Source: an uncultured Candidatus Saccharibacteria bacterium (GTDB lineage: Bacteria; Patescibacteriota; Minisyncoccia; Phycocordibacterales; UBA12088). Taken from it: a stretch of DNA of 64,000 bases. The translations under genes were made by a program, and so were the position numbers. The notes beneath the pieces are model-generated. The model made no database searches, was not told where the DNA came from, and worked only from the letters and a program-made list of their open reading frames with translations. Shown here piece by piece: positions 56,198 through 64,000 of this stretch. Where the stretch lies: assembly GCA_964567265.1 (NCBI GenBank), contig CAZMLK010000001.1, positions 331,723 through 395,722 of the forward strand, given 5' to 3'. The number at the start of each line of letters is the position of its first letter. Within the stretch, counting starts at the first letter, position 1.

Positions 56198-57544
56198 ATG
56201 GAACGGATACTGATCAAGGATCTCCACGAACATATTGGAAGCGATGTAACCATTCAAGGATGGGTGGACGTCGCACGTGACCAGGGAAAGATGGCCTTTT
56301 TTGATTTCCGGGACCGTTCAGGAAAGGTGCAGGGCGTCGTCTTCGGCAAGCCGGAACTCCTTGAGACGGCGAAGAGGTTGCGATCAGAGTGGGTGGTGTC
56401 AGTTCGCGGGAAGGTGAATGCGCGCCCTGAGAAGATGGTGAAGGCGGGGGATCCGAACGGCGATATCGAGCTCGAGATCATCGAAATCACGGTCCTTTCT
56501 GCCGCGGCAGAGCTCCCATTCCACAGCGAGGCCGAGCTCAACCTCGACACGCTCCTCGACTATCGTCCACTCACACTCCGTCGGAAGCGCGAACAGGCCA
56601 TTTTCAAGGTCCAGCATCACATCATCCAGGCATACCGCGATTTCCTGGTTGCCGAAGGATTCACTGAATTTGAGGCACCAAAGCTCGTCGGCGATGATGC
56701 CGAGGGCGGCGGCAACGTCTTCAAGCTCGACTATTTCAATGGAAAATCAGCCTTCCTCGCGACCAGTCCCCAGCTCTACAAGCAGATCATGGTCGGCGTA
56801 TTTGAACGCGTCTTCGCGATCGGCAATGTCTTCCGCGCGGAAAAGCATGCGACCACGCGCCACATCAACGAATACACCTCGCTCGACATCGAGTGCGGAT
56901 TCATCACGGATCACATGGACCTGATGCGGCTCGAGACCCGACTTCTCCGATGTATCTTCGATCGCCTCAAGACCACCTGCGCAGATGCGTTTGCCGCAGT
57001 CGGCGCTGAATTCCCACTCATTCCTGAGGGTGACACCATGCCGTACATGAAGTTGCGGGAAGCGCAGGCGCTCATCTCAAAGGAGACCGGGGTTGATTGC
57101 ACGACCGAGCCCGATCTTGAGCCGGAGCACGAGCGCTGGCTCTGTGCATATGCAAAAGAGCATCTGGGAAGTGACTTCATCTTCATCACCCACTATCCTG
57201 TCTCAAAGCGTCCGTTCTACACCATGGAAGACCCCGCAGACGTCGGATTCACCAAGAGCTTCGACCTGTTGTTCCGGGGCATCGAGATCACGACCGGCGG
57301 ACAGCGCGTGCATACCTATGACATGATGATCGCGAAGCTCCAGTCGAAAGGGCTCGACCCGGAAAATTTCTCATTCTACCTCCAGGCCTTCAAATTCGGC
57401 ATGCCGCCGCATGGAGGATGGGGAATGGGGCTTGAGCGGCTCACAGAGAAATTCCTCGGCATCGCGAACGTGAAGGAGGCGACGTTGTTCCCGCGCGACA
57501 TCAACCGCATAGATACGTTGCTCTCAAATAATGCCTCCAAGTAG
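56198..57544 (+). CDS. aspS: aspartate--tRNA ligase, archaeal/eukaryal-type (probably non-discriminating)
   Basis: 448 aa class IIb; SPQLYKQIMV..FRAEKHATTRHINEYTSLDIE motif 2; no bacterial GAD insertion. Confidence 0.88.
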   Translation: MERILIKDLHEHIGSDVTIQGWVDVARDQGKMAFFDFRDRSGKVQGVVFGKPELLETAKRLRSEWVVSVRGKVNARPEKMVKAGDPNGDIELEIIEITVLSAAAELPFHSEAELNLDTLLDYRPLTLRRKREQAIFKVQHHIIQAYRDFLVAEGFTEFEAPKLVGDDAEGGGNVFKLDYFNGKSAFLATSPQLYKQIMVGVFERVFAIGNVFRAEKHATTRHINEYTSLDIECGFITDHMDLMRLETRLLRCIFDRLKTTCADAFAAVGAEFPLIPEGDTMPYMKLREAQALISKETGVDCTTEPDLEPEHERWLCAYAKEHLGSDFIFITHYPVSKRPFYTMEDPADVGFTKSFDLLFRGIEITTGGQRVHTYDMMIAKLQSKGLDPENFSFYLQAFKFGMPPHGGWGMGLERLTEKFLGIANVKEATLFPRDINRIDTLLSNNASK

Positions 57545-58271
57545 CTACCAACTGAAGCTCGACGTGTTCGAAGGTCCGCTTGACCTTCTGCTGACGCTTA
57601 TCGAGAAGCGGCGGCTTGTCATCAACGACATCTCGCTCGCATCGGTCGCCGATGATTTCATCGAGTACGTGAGCGGGCACAAGGAGTTTCCGGTTCCGGA
57701 GGCAGCGCATTTCGTGCTGATTGCCTCGACGCTCCTGCTCATCAAATCGAAGTCGCTTCTGCCGGTCCTCGAGCTTACCACCGAAGAAGTCGCGACGATC
57801 GACGATCTTGAGAAGCGACTCTCGTTATATCGCTACTATCGCGAGCTCTCTGGCATGCTCCGGAATGTCTTCGGGAAGTCATTCTTGTTTTCTCGCGACA
57901 CCAACCGCCGCATCGAGCATCCAGTCTTCTCGCCGCACGCCGCGATCACGAAGGAGGGGATCCTCGCGGCTGCTCGCCGTGTCTTCGAGGACGCCCCCGC
58001 AGAGGAAACCGCGCTCCCGAAGGCGATGGTCAAGAAGGTGATGAGCCTCGAGGAGATGATCTCCACGCTTGCGGGACGAATCCAGGCCAGCATGCAGCTC
58101 TCATTCAAGGAATTCGCCGGGCTCGGGAAGGCCGAGAAAGTGCACGTCATCGTCGGATTCCTCGCGATGCTCGAGCTCGTGAAGCAGGGCGTCATCGCGG
58201 TCGAGCAGCAGGGGCGTTTTTCTGATATCATCATGGAAACAGATACGATCGGGACGCCGAAATATGCATAG
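57531..58271 (+). CDS. scpA: segregation and condensation protein A
   Basis: LKLDVFEGPLDLLLTLIEKRRLVINDISLASV ScpA N-terminus; overlaps aspS by 14 nt. Confidence 0.9.
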   Translation: MPPSSYQLKLDVFEGPLDLLLTLIEKRRLVINDISLASVADDFIEYVSGHKEFPVPEAAHFVLIASTLLLIKSKSLLPVLELTTEEVATIDDLEKRLSLYRYYRELSGMLRNVFGKSFLFSRDTNRRIEHPVFSPHAAITKEGILAAARRVFEDAPAEETALPKAMVKKVMSLEEMISTLAGRIQASMQLSFKEFAGLGKAEKVHVIVGFLAMLELVKQGVIAVEQQGRFSDIIMETDTIGTPKYA

Positions 58272-58274
58272 CGT

Positions 58275-58826
58275 ATGAATCTTGAACAGCACATTGAAGC
58301 GCTCCTTTTTTATCGCGGCGAGCCCGTCAGCATTGCAGCGCTCCAAAAGACGTTCGAAGTAGATGAGGCAACGATCATGACTGCGTTGAACGCGCTCGGC
58401 CTGTCGCTCGCAAGCCGCGGCATCCGCCTCATGGAACTGAACGGCGATGTCGAACTCCGGACCGCGCCCGAAAGCGCCGAGATCATACGGAACATCCGGA
58501 AAGAGGAGCTTTCGAAGGATCTGGGCAAGGCAGGCATGGAAACACTCTCCATCATCCTCTACCAGGGGCCTCTTTCACGTGCAGACATCGACTACATCCG
58601 CGGGGTCAATTCCTCATTCATCCTTCGAAATCTCTTGATCCGGAACCTCATCGATCGCGTCCCGAATCCCAAGGACGAGCGGAGCTTCCTCTATCGTGGT
58701 ACGGTAGACCTTCTTGCATTCATGGGCGTATCCCGGATCGAGGAGCTGCCAGACTATGAAAAGGTCAGGGCGGAACTCCGGGCAATTTCAGAAAAACAAG
58801 CTGGTGAACATGACGGAATCGTATAA
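58275..58826 (+). CDS. scpB: segregation and condensation protein B
   Basis: IEALLFYRGEPVSIAALQK, winged-helix tandem. Confidence 0.9.
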   Translation: MNLEQHIEALLFYRGEPVSIAALQKTFEVDEATIMTALNALGLSLASRGIRLMELNGDVELRTAPESAEIIRNIRKEELSKDLGKAGMETLSIILYQGPLSRADIDYIRGVNSSFILRNLLIRNLIDRVPNPKDERSFLYRGTVDLLAFMGVSRIEELPDYEKVRAELRAISEKQAGEHDGIV

Positions 58827-59811
58827 CAACCCTCAAGAAGAAAAAATCTCACTGATACAGACGAAATCCCTTCGTCCGTGGATTGTTTTTTTCGTATTCA
58901 TCGGAGCCATCATGGCGCTCGCGCTTGTCGCGATCTGGTACTTGAAGGAAGAGCCCGCGGCTCCGATCGAGACGCCTCCTATGGTAACGCCGCCGGTCGC
59001 GACCGTGACCCTGAAGACGCCGATCCAGGGCAGGGCAGCGTATGTGTATGACGCCGTGACCGGCCAGATGCTCTATGAGAAGAATCCGGAGCTCCAACTG
59101 CCACTGGCATCACTTACGAAAGTGATGACCGCGCTGGTAGCATCCGACAGCCTTGAGGATGATGATACCGTTACCATAACGGACGAGTCCCTCCACGAAG
59201 ATGGTTCGAGCGGACTCGGTGCAGGCGAAACATGGCTGTTCCGCAACCTTCTCAATCTCACGCTCATCTCTTCATCTAATGATGCCGCACATGCCATCGC
59301 GGGTGCAGCAGGGGCGATCGAGCGCATGAGCCCGCCAGGCGAGAGCGATGACCATGCGAATGTGACCACCTTTGTTGCCTCGATGAACGAAAAAGCTGCC
59401 GAGCTCGGGCTCGCGAAGACGTATTTCCTGAATCCGACAGGACTCGATGAGACGACTGAAAAAAGCGGTGCCTATGGCTCCGCAAAAGATGTAGCGAAAC
59501 TGCTTGCGTACATCATCGCGACGAAACCGGAACTTCTTGAGGAGACACGACTTACCGATCTCAAGGTCACCGACATGGCGGGCCATGAGAAGACTGCGAA
59601 GAATACAAACAAGAACATCAGCAATCTGCCCGGCCTGATGGCTTCGAAGACCGGACTTACCGATCTCGCCGGCGGGAATCTCGCCATCGCATTCGATGCC
59701 GGCCTCGGCCACCCAATAGTCGTTGTCGTCCTTGGCTCCACTGAGGACGGCCGCCTTACCGATGTCGAGAATCTCGTTGACGCGACCTTGGCCAGCTTCA
59801 CCCACGAATAG
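58810..59811 (+). CDS. D-alanyl-D-alanine carboxypeptidase (peptidase S11, low-molecular-weight penicillin-binding protein)
   Basis: N-terminal TM; SLTK (SxxK), SSSND (SxN), KTGLT (KTG) motifs; overlaps scpB by 17 nt. Confidence 0.85.
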   Translation: MTESYNNPQEEKISLIQTKSLRPWIVFFVFIGAIMALALVAIWYLKEEPAAPIETPPMVTPPVATVTLKTPIQGRAAYVYDAVTGQMLYEKNPELQLPLASLTKVMTALVASDSLEDDDTVTITDESLHEDGSSGLGAGETWLFRNLLNLTLISSSNDAAHAIAGAAGAIERMSPPGESDDHANVTTFVASMNEKAAELGLAKTYFLNPTGLDETTEKSGAYGSAKDVAKLLAYIIATKPELLEETRLTDLKVTDMAGHEKTAKNTNKNISNLPGLMASKTGLTDLAGGNLAIAFDAGLGHPIVVVVLGSTEDGRLTDVENLVDATLASFTHE

Positions 59812-59865
59812 GGGATAGCCGGCCGACGTTCTCTTGCTCTGAACGCGGTATACTAGCCACAATCC

Positions 59866-60927
59866 ATGTCCCCAGATATCGTTAAAGTTATCGTTCCCTT
59901 GGCTGCGGCCTTTTTTGTCGGCATCAGCATCACGCCAATCGTCACGCACTATCTTTTCAAATACAAAGTCTGGAAGAAGAAGGGCGGCAAGGAGGCCCTC
60001 GACGGAAACGTTGCCACCGAATTCAACAAGCTCCACGGGGCAGGGGAGCTCCACACCCCACGGATGGGCGGCATCGTCGTCTGGGCGAGCGCGCTCCTCA
60101 CCACCTTCGGCCTGTCCGCGCTCGCCCATTTCTTTCCATCATCAACAACGCTGAAGCTTGATTTCCTCAGCCGTGACCAGACCTGGATCCCGCTCTTCGC
60201 GCTCATAACGGGTGCTCTGGTCGGCTTCCTCAATGACGTCTTCGACATTCATGAGGACGGCCCACGCGGGATACCGCTCCGCATACGCCTTCTCATAATC
60301 GGCGGACTCTCCCTATTCATCGGCTGGTGGTTCTATACCAAACTCGCGGTCACGACCATCGGCATCCCGTTCGGCATGCCGCTTGAGATCGGCTGGCTCA
60401 TCATCCCGTTCTTCATGCTCGTATCCTTGGGGCTCTACGCGAGCGGTGTCATCGATGGCATCGACGGGCTTTCCGGCGGAGTCTTCGCGTCCATATTCAC
60501 GGCATATGCAATCATCGCGTTCCACCAGAGCCAGATCAACATCGCCGCATTTTGCGCGATGATGGTCGGCGCGCTCCTCGCATTCCTCTGGTTCAACATA
60601 CCGCCCGCGCGCTTCTGGATGACCGAGACCGGAACCATGGGCATCACGCTCGCGATCGCTGTCATTGCCTTCATGACGGACACCCCCGGGGAAGGGATCG
60701 GTGTCGCGGTGCTTCCGATCGTCGCAGCACTCCTTGTAGCGACCGTGTTTTCAAACATCCTGCAGGTCCTCTCGAAGAAGCTCCGCGGCAAGAAGCTTTT
60801 TCGCATCGCGCCCCTGCATCACCACTTCGAGGCGCTCGGCTGGCCTGGATACAAGGTCACGATGCGCTACTGGGTACTCTCAATCATCTTCGCCTTTGTC
60901 GGGATCATAATCGCCTTAATCGGATAG
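59866..60927 (+). CDS. mraY: phospho-N-acetylmuramoyl-pentapeptide transferase
   Basis: 10-TM MraY family, GIDGLSGG motif region. Confidence 0.95.
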   Translation: MSPDIVKVIVPLAAAFFVGISITPIVTHYLFKYKVWKKKGGKEALDGNVATEFNKLHGAGELHTPRMGGIVVWASALLTTFGLSALAHFFPSSTTLKLDFLSRDQTWIPLFALITGALVGFLNDVFDIHEDGPRGIPLRIRLLIIGGLSLFIGWWFYTKLAVTTIGIPFGMPLEIGWLIIPFFMLVSLGLYASGVIDGIDGLSGGVFASIFTAYAIIAFHQSQINIAAFCAMMVGALLAFLWFNIPPARFWMTETGTMGITLAIAVIAFMTDTPGEGIGVAVLPIVAALLVATVFSNILQVLSKKLRGKKLFRIAPLHHHFEALGWPGYKVTMRYWVLSIIFAFVGIIIALIG

Positions 60928-60931
60928 CGGT

Positions 60932-62029
60932 ATGCGGAAGGGAATCGATCGCACGTTCTTTTTCACCGTCCTGGTCCTCGTGTCCTGCGGTTTTTTCATA
61001 TTCCTCTCGGCATCGCTCGGTCTCCTCGCCCGTGAAGGCGCCGCGTTCACGAGCGTAGCGTTCAATCAGATCATCCTCGGCCTTTTTGGAGGCAGCATCG
61101 CACTCTTCACGCTATCCCGGTTCTCATACAAGCTTTACCGGCCGTATGTACTCCATTTTCTGGTTGGATCAGTGTTCGCAACGCTTCTGGTATTCGTTCC
61201 GGGCATCGGTTTCGGGCACAACGGCGCCCATCGCTGGCTCGACCTCCGGGTAACATCCTTCCAGCCCTCCGAGCTCCTGAAGATCGCCGTGATCCTCTAT
61301 TTCGCCGCCTACCTCTCGTCTCACCGGGATAAGCTCAAATATCTCAAATTCGGCTTCCTGCCGCTTCTCGGGGTCCTTGGCCTTGTAGCGGGCGTACTTC
61401 TTCTCCAGCCTGATACCGGGACCTTCCTAGTCCTGGCATCGGCCGTTGTTGCCATGTATTTGGCCGCAGGAGCCCCCTGGAGGGACATTCTGCTCCTGGT
61501 GCTCATGGCCTTCATGGGAATCGCCGTTTTGGCCTTTTTCAGGCCGTATGTCATGGACCGCTTCACCACCTTCCTCGACCCCGCAAGCGATCCTCTCGGT
61601 TCCGGCTATCAGATCCAGCAATCCCTGATTGCTATCGGATCCGGCAAGATCACTGGTCGCGGATTCGGCCAGAGCATCCAGAAATTCGACTTTCTGCCGG
61701 AGCCGATCGGCGATTCGGTCTTTTCGGTGTATGCCGAGGAATTCGGTTTCGTCGGTGCTGCCGCGCTCATCGTACTCTATCTCTTTGTAGCGCTTCGAGG
61801 CCTCCGAATCGCAAGCAGATCGCCAGATTTGTTCGGTGGACTCATCGCGGTCGGGATTGTTATACTGATAATGTCTCAATCGTTCATTAATATTGGATCG
61901 ATGCTCGGAGTATTGCCGCTGACCGGCGTCCCGCTCGTGTTCGTGAGTCACGGCGGTACCGCCCTCTTCTTCTCGCTCGCGGAAATAGGCATCCTCCTTA
62001 ACATCTCTTCCTACATCAAGCGCGTATAG
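60932..62029 (+). CDS. ftsW: SEDS family peptidoglycan glycosyltransferase FtsW/RodA
   Basis: 10-TM SEDS protein between mraY and murG. Confidence 0.9.
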   Translation: MRKGIDRTFFFTVLVLVSCGFFIFLSASLGLLAREGAAFTSVAFNQIILGLFGGSIALFTLSRFSYKLYRPYVLHFLVGSVFATLLVFVPGIGFGHNGAHRWLDLRVTSFQPSELLKIAVILYFAAYLSSHRDKLKYLKFGFLPLLGVLGLVAGVLLLQPDTGTFLVLASAVVAMYLAAGAPWRDILLLVLMAFMGIAVLAFFRPYVMDRFTTFLDPASDPLGSGYQIQQSLIAIGSGKITGRGFGQSIQKFDFLPEPIGDSVFSVYAEEFGFVGAAALIVLYLFVALRGLRIASRSPDLFGGLIAVGIVILIMSQSFINIGSMLGVLPLTGVPLVFVSHGGTALFFSLAEIGILLNISSYIKRV

Positions 62030-62044
62030 CGCTATCCCGAACAC

Positions 62045-63190
62045 ATGAAAATCGTATTTGCAGGCGGCGGGAGCGGTGGACATTTTTATCCTATCGTTGC
62101 AGTCGCCGAAGAGCTTGAACGCATCATAGACAATGAAGGACTCCTGAAAGCGAAGCTGTTTTACATAGCGCCGCATCCTTTTGATAAGCGCCTCCTTTTC
62201 GAGAATGATATCGAATTCATCCCGGCACCCTCGGGCAAGATGCGTGTCGGATACGGCTCATTCCTTAATTTTCTCGATTCTTTCAAGATTGCTGCCGGTA
62301 TTGTGAAGTCGGTCTTCGTGCTGTTTCGCATCTACCCTGATGTGATTTTCAGCAAGGGCGGGTACGCGAGCGTTCCGATCCTCGTCGCGGCGCGCATCCT
62401 CCGCATCCCCGTATTCATCCATGATTCCGACGCGGTCCCGGGACGTACTACGCTGTGGGCGGCCAAGTTCGCGGCGCGCATCGCGATCTCATACCCTGAA
62501 GCAGCTGATAAGTTCACAGAAAAGCAGCGTGAAAAGATTGCATTCACCGGCAACCCGGTCCGACGCGGCGTCGCGACGCCTGCCACTGAAGGGGTGTTCG
62601 AGTATCTCGAGCTCGCGCGCGACGTGCCCACCATCTTCGTGATCGGCGGATCACAGGGAGCGCTCCACATCAATGATGTGATCCTCGAGGCGCTTCCCAT
62701 TCTGCTTGAGAAGTACCAGGTCATCCATCAGACAGGCGAGCACAACTTCGCTGAGGCAAGCGGAGCCGCATCAATCGCCCTCGAGAATAATCCGTATCGC
62801 AATCGGTACAAGCCATTTCCATACCTGAGCGATCTCGCGCTCCGCATGGCCGCAGGCGCCGCGACCCTGATCGTCTCACGTGCAGGTTCGGGCTCCATTT
62901 TCGAGATCGCTGCCTGGGGCAAGCCATCTATCATGATCCCGATTCCAGAGGAAATCTCGAGGGATCAGCGTGAGAATGCCTTCGCGTTCGCGCGCGCAGG
63001 CGCTGCCGTCGTGATCGAGGAAGTGAACCTGAGTCCGCACGTGCTCGCGGCCGAAATAGACCGCCTGGTAGACAATCCGACCGCATGCGCGCAGATGGCC
63101 GCGGCTGCGGTCGCCTTCCGAAAGCCAGACGCTGCTGAAGTGATCGCGCGGGAAATCATGCGCATTGCGCTCAAACATGAGGTAGAGTAA
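62045..63190 (+). CDS. murG: undecaprenyldiphospho-muramoylpentapeptide beta-N-acetylglucosaminyltransferase
   Basis: MKIVFAGGGSGGHFYPIVAVAEEL G-loop, GT28 two-domain. Confidence 0.93.
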   Translation: MKIVFAGGGSGGHFYPIVAVAEELERIIDNEGLLKAKLFYIAPHPFDKRLLFENDIEFIPAPSGKMRVGYGSFLNFLDSFKIAAGIVKSVFVLFRIYPDVIFSKGGYASVPILVAARILRIPVFIHDSDAVPGRTTLWAAKFAARIAISYPEAADKFTEKQREKIAFTGNPVRRGVATPATEGVFEYLELARDVPTIFVIGGSQGALHINDVILEALPILLEKYQVIHQTGEHNFAEASGAASIALENNPYRNRYKPFPYLSDLALRMAAGAATLIVSRAGSGSIFEIAAWGKPSIMIPIPEEISRDQRENAFAFARAGAAVVIEEVNLSPHVLAAEIDRLVDNPTACAQMAAAAVAFRKPDAAEVIAREIMRIALKHEVE

Positions 63191-63197
63191 GGAAGCC

Positions 63198-64000
63198 ATG
63201 CATACACCAGTCGTCACACGTTTTCCGCCATCGCCAACAGGCAATCTCCAAATCGGCAATATCCGTACGGCATTGTTCAATTACTTGTATGCGCGCAAGC
63301 ATGGCGGCAAGTTCGTCGTGCGCATCGAAGATACCGACCGCGAGCGCTCGAAGCCGGAATACGAAGCTTCGATCCTTGCGGACCTCGAGTGGCTCGGCTT
63401 CGCGCATGATGCGTTTGCCAGGCAGTCGGATCGGACCGCCATCCACCAGAAATACCTGGAAATGCTCGTCTCGAGCGATAAAGCGTATGTCTCGAAAGAA
63501 CCGGCAGAGGAAGGGAAGCGCGACAGCGTGATCCGTTTCCGCAATCCGAACCGCAAGGTCACGTTTACCGATCTCGTGCGCGGAGAGATCACGATGGATA
63601 CGACCGATCTCGGCGACTTCGTGATCGCGAAGGATTTCACCGAACCGCTGTACCATCTGGCGGTCGTCGTTGATGACTACGAGATGGGCATCACGCATGT
63701 CATCCGCGGCGAAGATCATATTTCGAATACGCCACGCCAGATCCTTTTTCTCGAAGCTATCGGCGCGCCGATTCCGACCTATGCGCACCTGCCGCTCGTG
63801 CTTGCTGCGGATCGGTCGAAGCTGTCCAAACGAAACGGATCGGTCTCGCTCGAGCATCTCAAGAACCAAGGCTACCTGAAGGATGCTGTCATCAACTTCC
63901 TCGCGCTCCTCGGATGGAATCCGGGAACGGAGCAGGAGCTCTTCACGCTTGATGAGCTCATAGAAGCCTTCGATTTATCCGGAATCCAGAAAAGCGGTGG
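63198..64000 (+). CDS. gltX: glutamate--tRNA ligase (3'-partial, runs off window)
   Basis: VVTRFPPSPTGNLQIGNIRTALFNYLYAR HIGH region, ..VRIEDTDRERS.., HVIRGEDHISNT; frame 3 open to window end, so not in ORF track. Confidence 0.93.
   Translation, partial: MHTPVVTRFPPSPTGNLQIGNIRTALFNYLYARKHGGKFVVRIEDTDRERSKPEYEASILADLEWLGFAHDAFARQSDRTAIHQKYLEMLVSSDKAYVSKEPAEEGKRDSVIRFRNPNRKVTFTDLVRGEITMDTTDLGDFVIAKDFTEPLYHLAVVVDDYEMGITHVIRGEDHISNTPRQILFLEAIGAPIPTYAHLPLVLAADRSKLSKRNGSVSLEHLKNQGYLKDAVINFLALLGWNPGTEQELFTLDELIEAFDLSGIQKSG

Overview
This is a gene-dense bacterial window, about 58% GC and almost entirely coding. Most genes are on the + strand; a minus-strand RND efflux pair and an acyltransferase are the main exceptions.

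Contents, in order:
- A tRNA cluster: Ala-GGC, Pro-CGG (with a duplicated 5' half and a decayed extra copy), Val-CAC and Ala-CGC.
- The DNA glycosylase tag, then a secreted protein, a sugar nucleotidyltransferase and several small or membrane hypothetical genes.
- A complete F1Fo ATP synthase operon (atpB-E-F-H-A-[insert]-G-D-C), with a low-GC gene for a DKNYY-repeat protein inserted between atpA and atpG.
- A minus-strand RND efflux pump and its membrane-fusion partner, then ychF, an acyltransferase-3 gene, and a membrane protein carrying a pilin-like C-terminal domain.
- leuS, a protein with a sigma-70 region 4 DNA-binding domain, a 433-aa hypothetical gene co-transcribed with mltG, and mnmA.
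- A hypothetical operon: an ATP-cone/restriction-endonuclease-fold protein, two membrane-anchored proteins and MgtC.
- An overlapping gene pair for a Cas4-like PD-(D/E)XK nuclease and an MGMT-family alkyltransferase.
- An M13 peptidase, a short alaS, and an FtsA/PilM-like actin-fold ATPase followed by a 436-aa single-pass membrane protein.
- infA, rpmJ, rpsM, rpsK, rpsD, rpoA, rplQ, rplM and rpsI, then grpE-dnaK-dnaJ.
- A tight operon: S-adenosylmethionine decarboxylase (speH), a methyltransferase of the NNMT/PNMT/TEMT family, three membrane proteins and a small protein.
- A cytoplasmic histidine kinase with a GAF sensor domain, trpS, an archaeal-type aspS, scpA, scpB, a D-alanyl-D-alanine carboxypeptidase, mraY, ftsW, murG and the 5' part of gltX.

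Several genes appear to be leaderless or lack a ribosome-binding site, with a TGnTATACT/TACAAT -10 element 6-7 nt before the ATG. Rho-independent terminators are frequent.

The gene complement (truncated ATP synthase delta and epsilon, short AlaRS, pilin-like domains, archaeal-type AspRS) is compatible with a reduced-genome lineage such as Patescibacteria/CPR. That cannot be established from sequence alone.

The best candidates for an undescribed system are:
- the speH / NNMT-like methyltransferase / membrane-protein operon (50324-53762);
- the ATP-cone/restriction-endonuclease operon (30505-32917);
- the Cas4-like nuclease / MGMT pair (32998-34063);
- the tethered pilin-like protein (21963-22934);
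- the PilM-like module (38594-41623).
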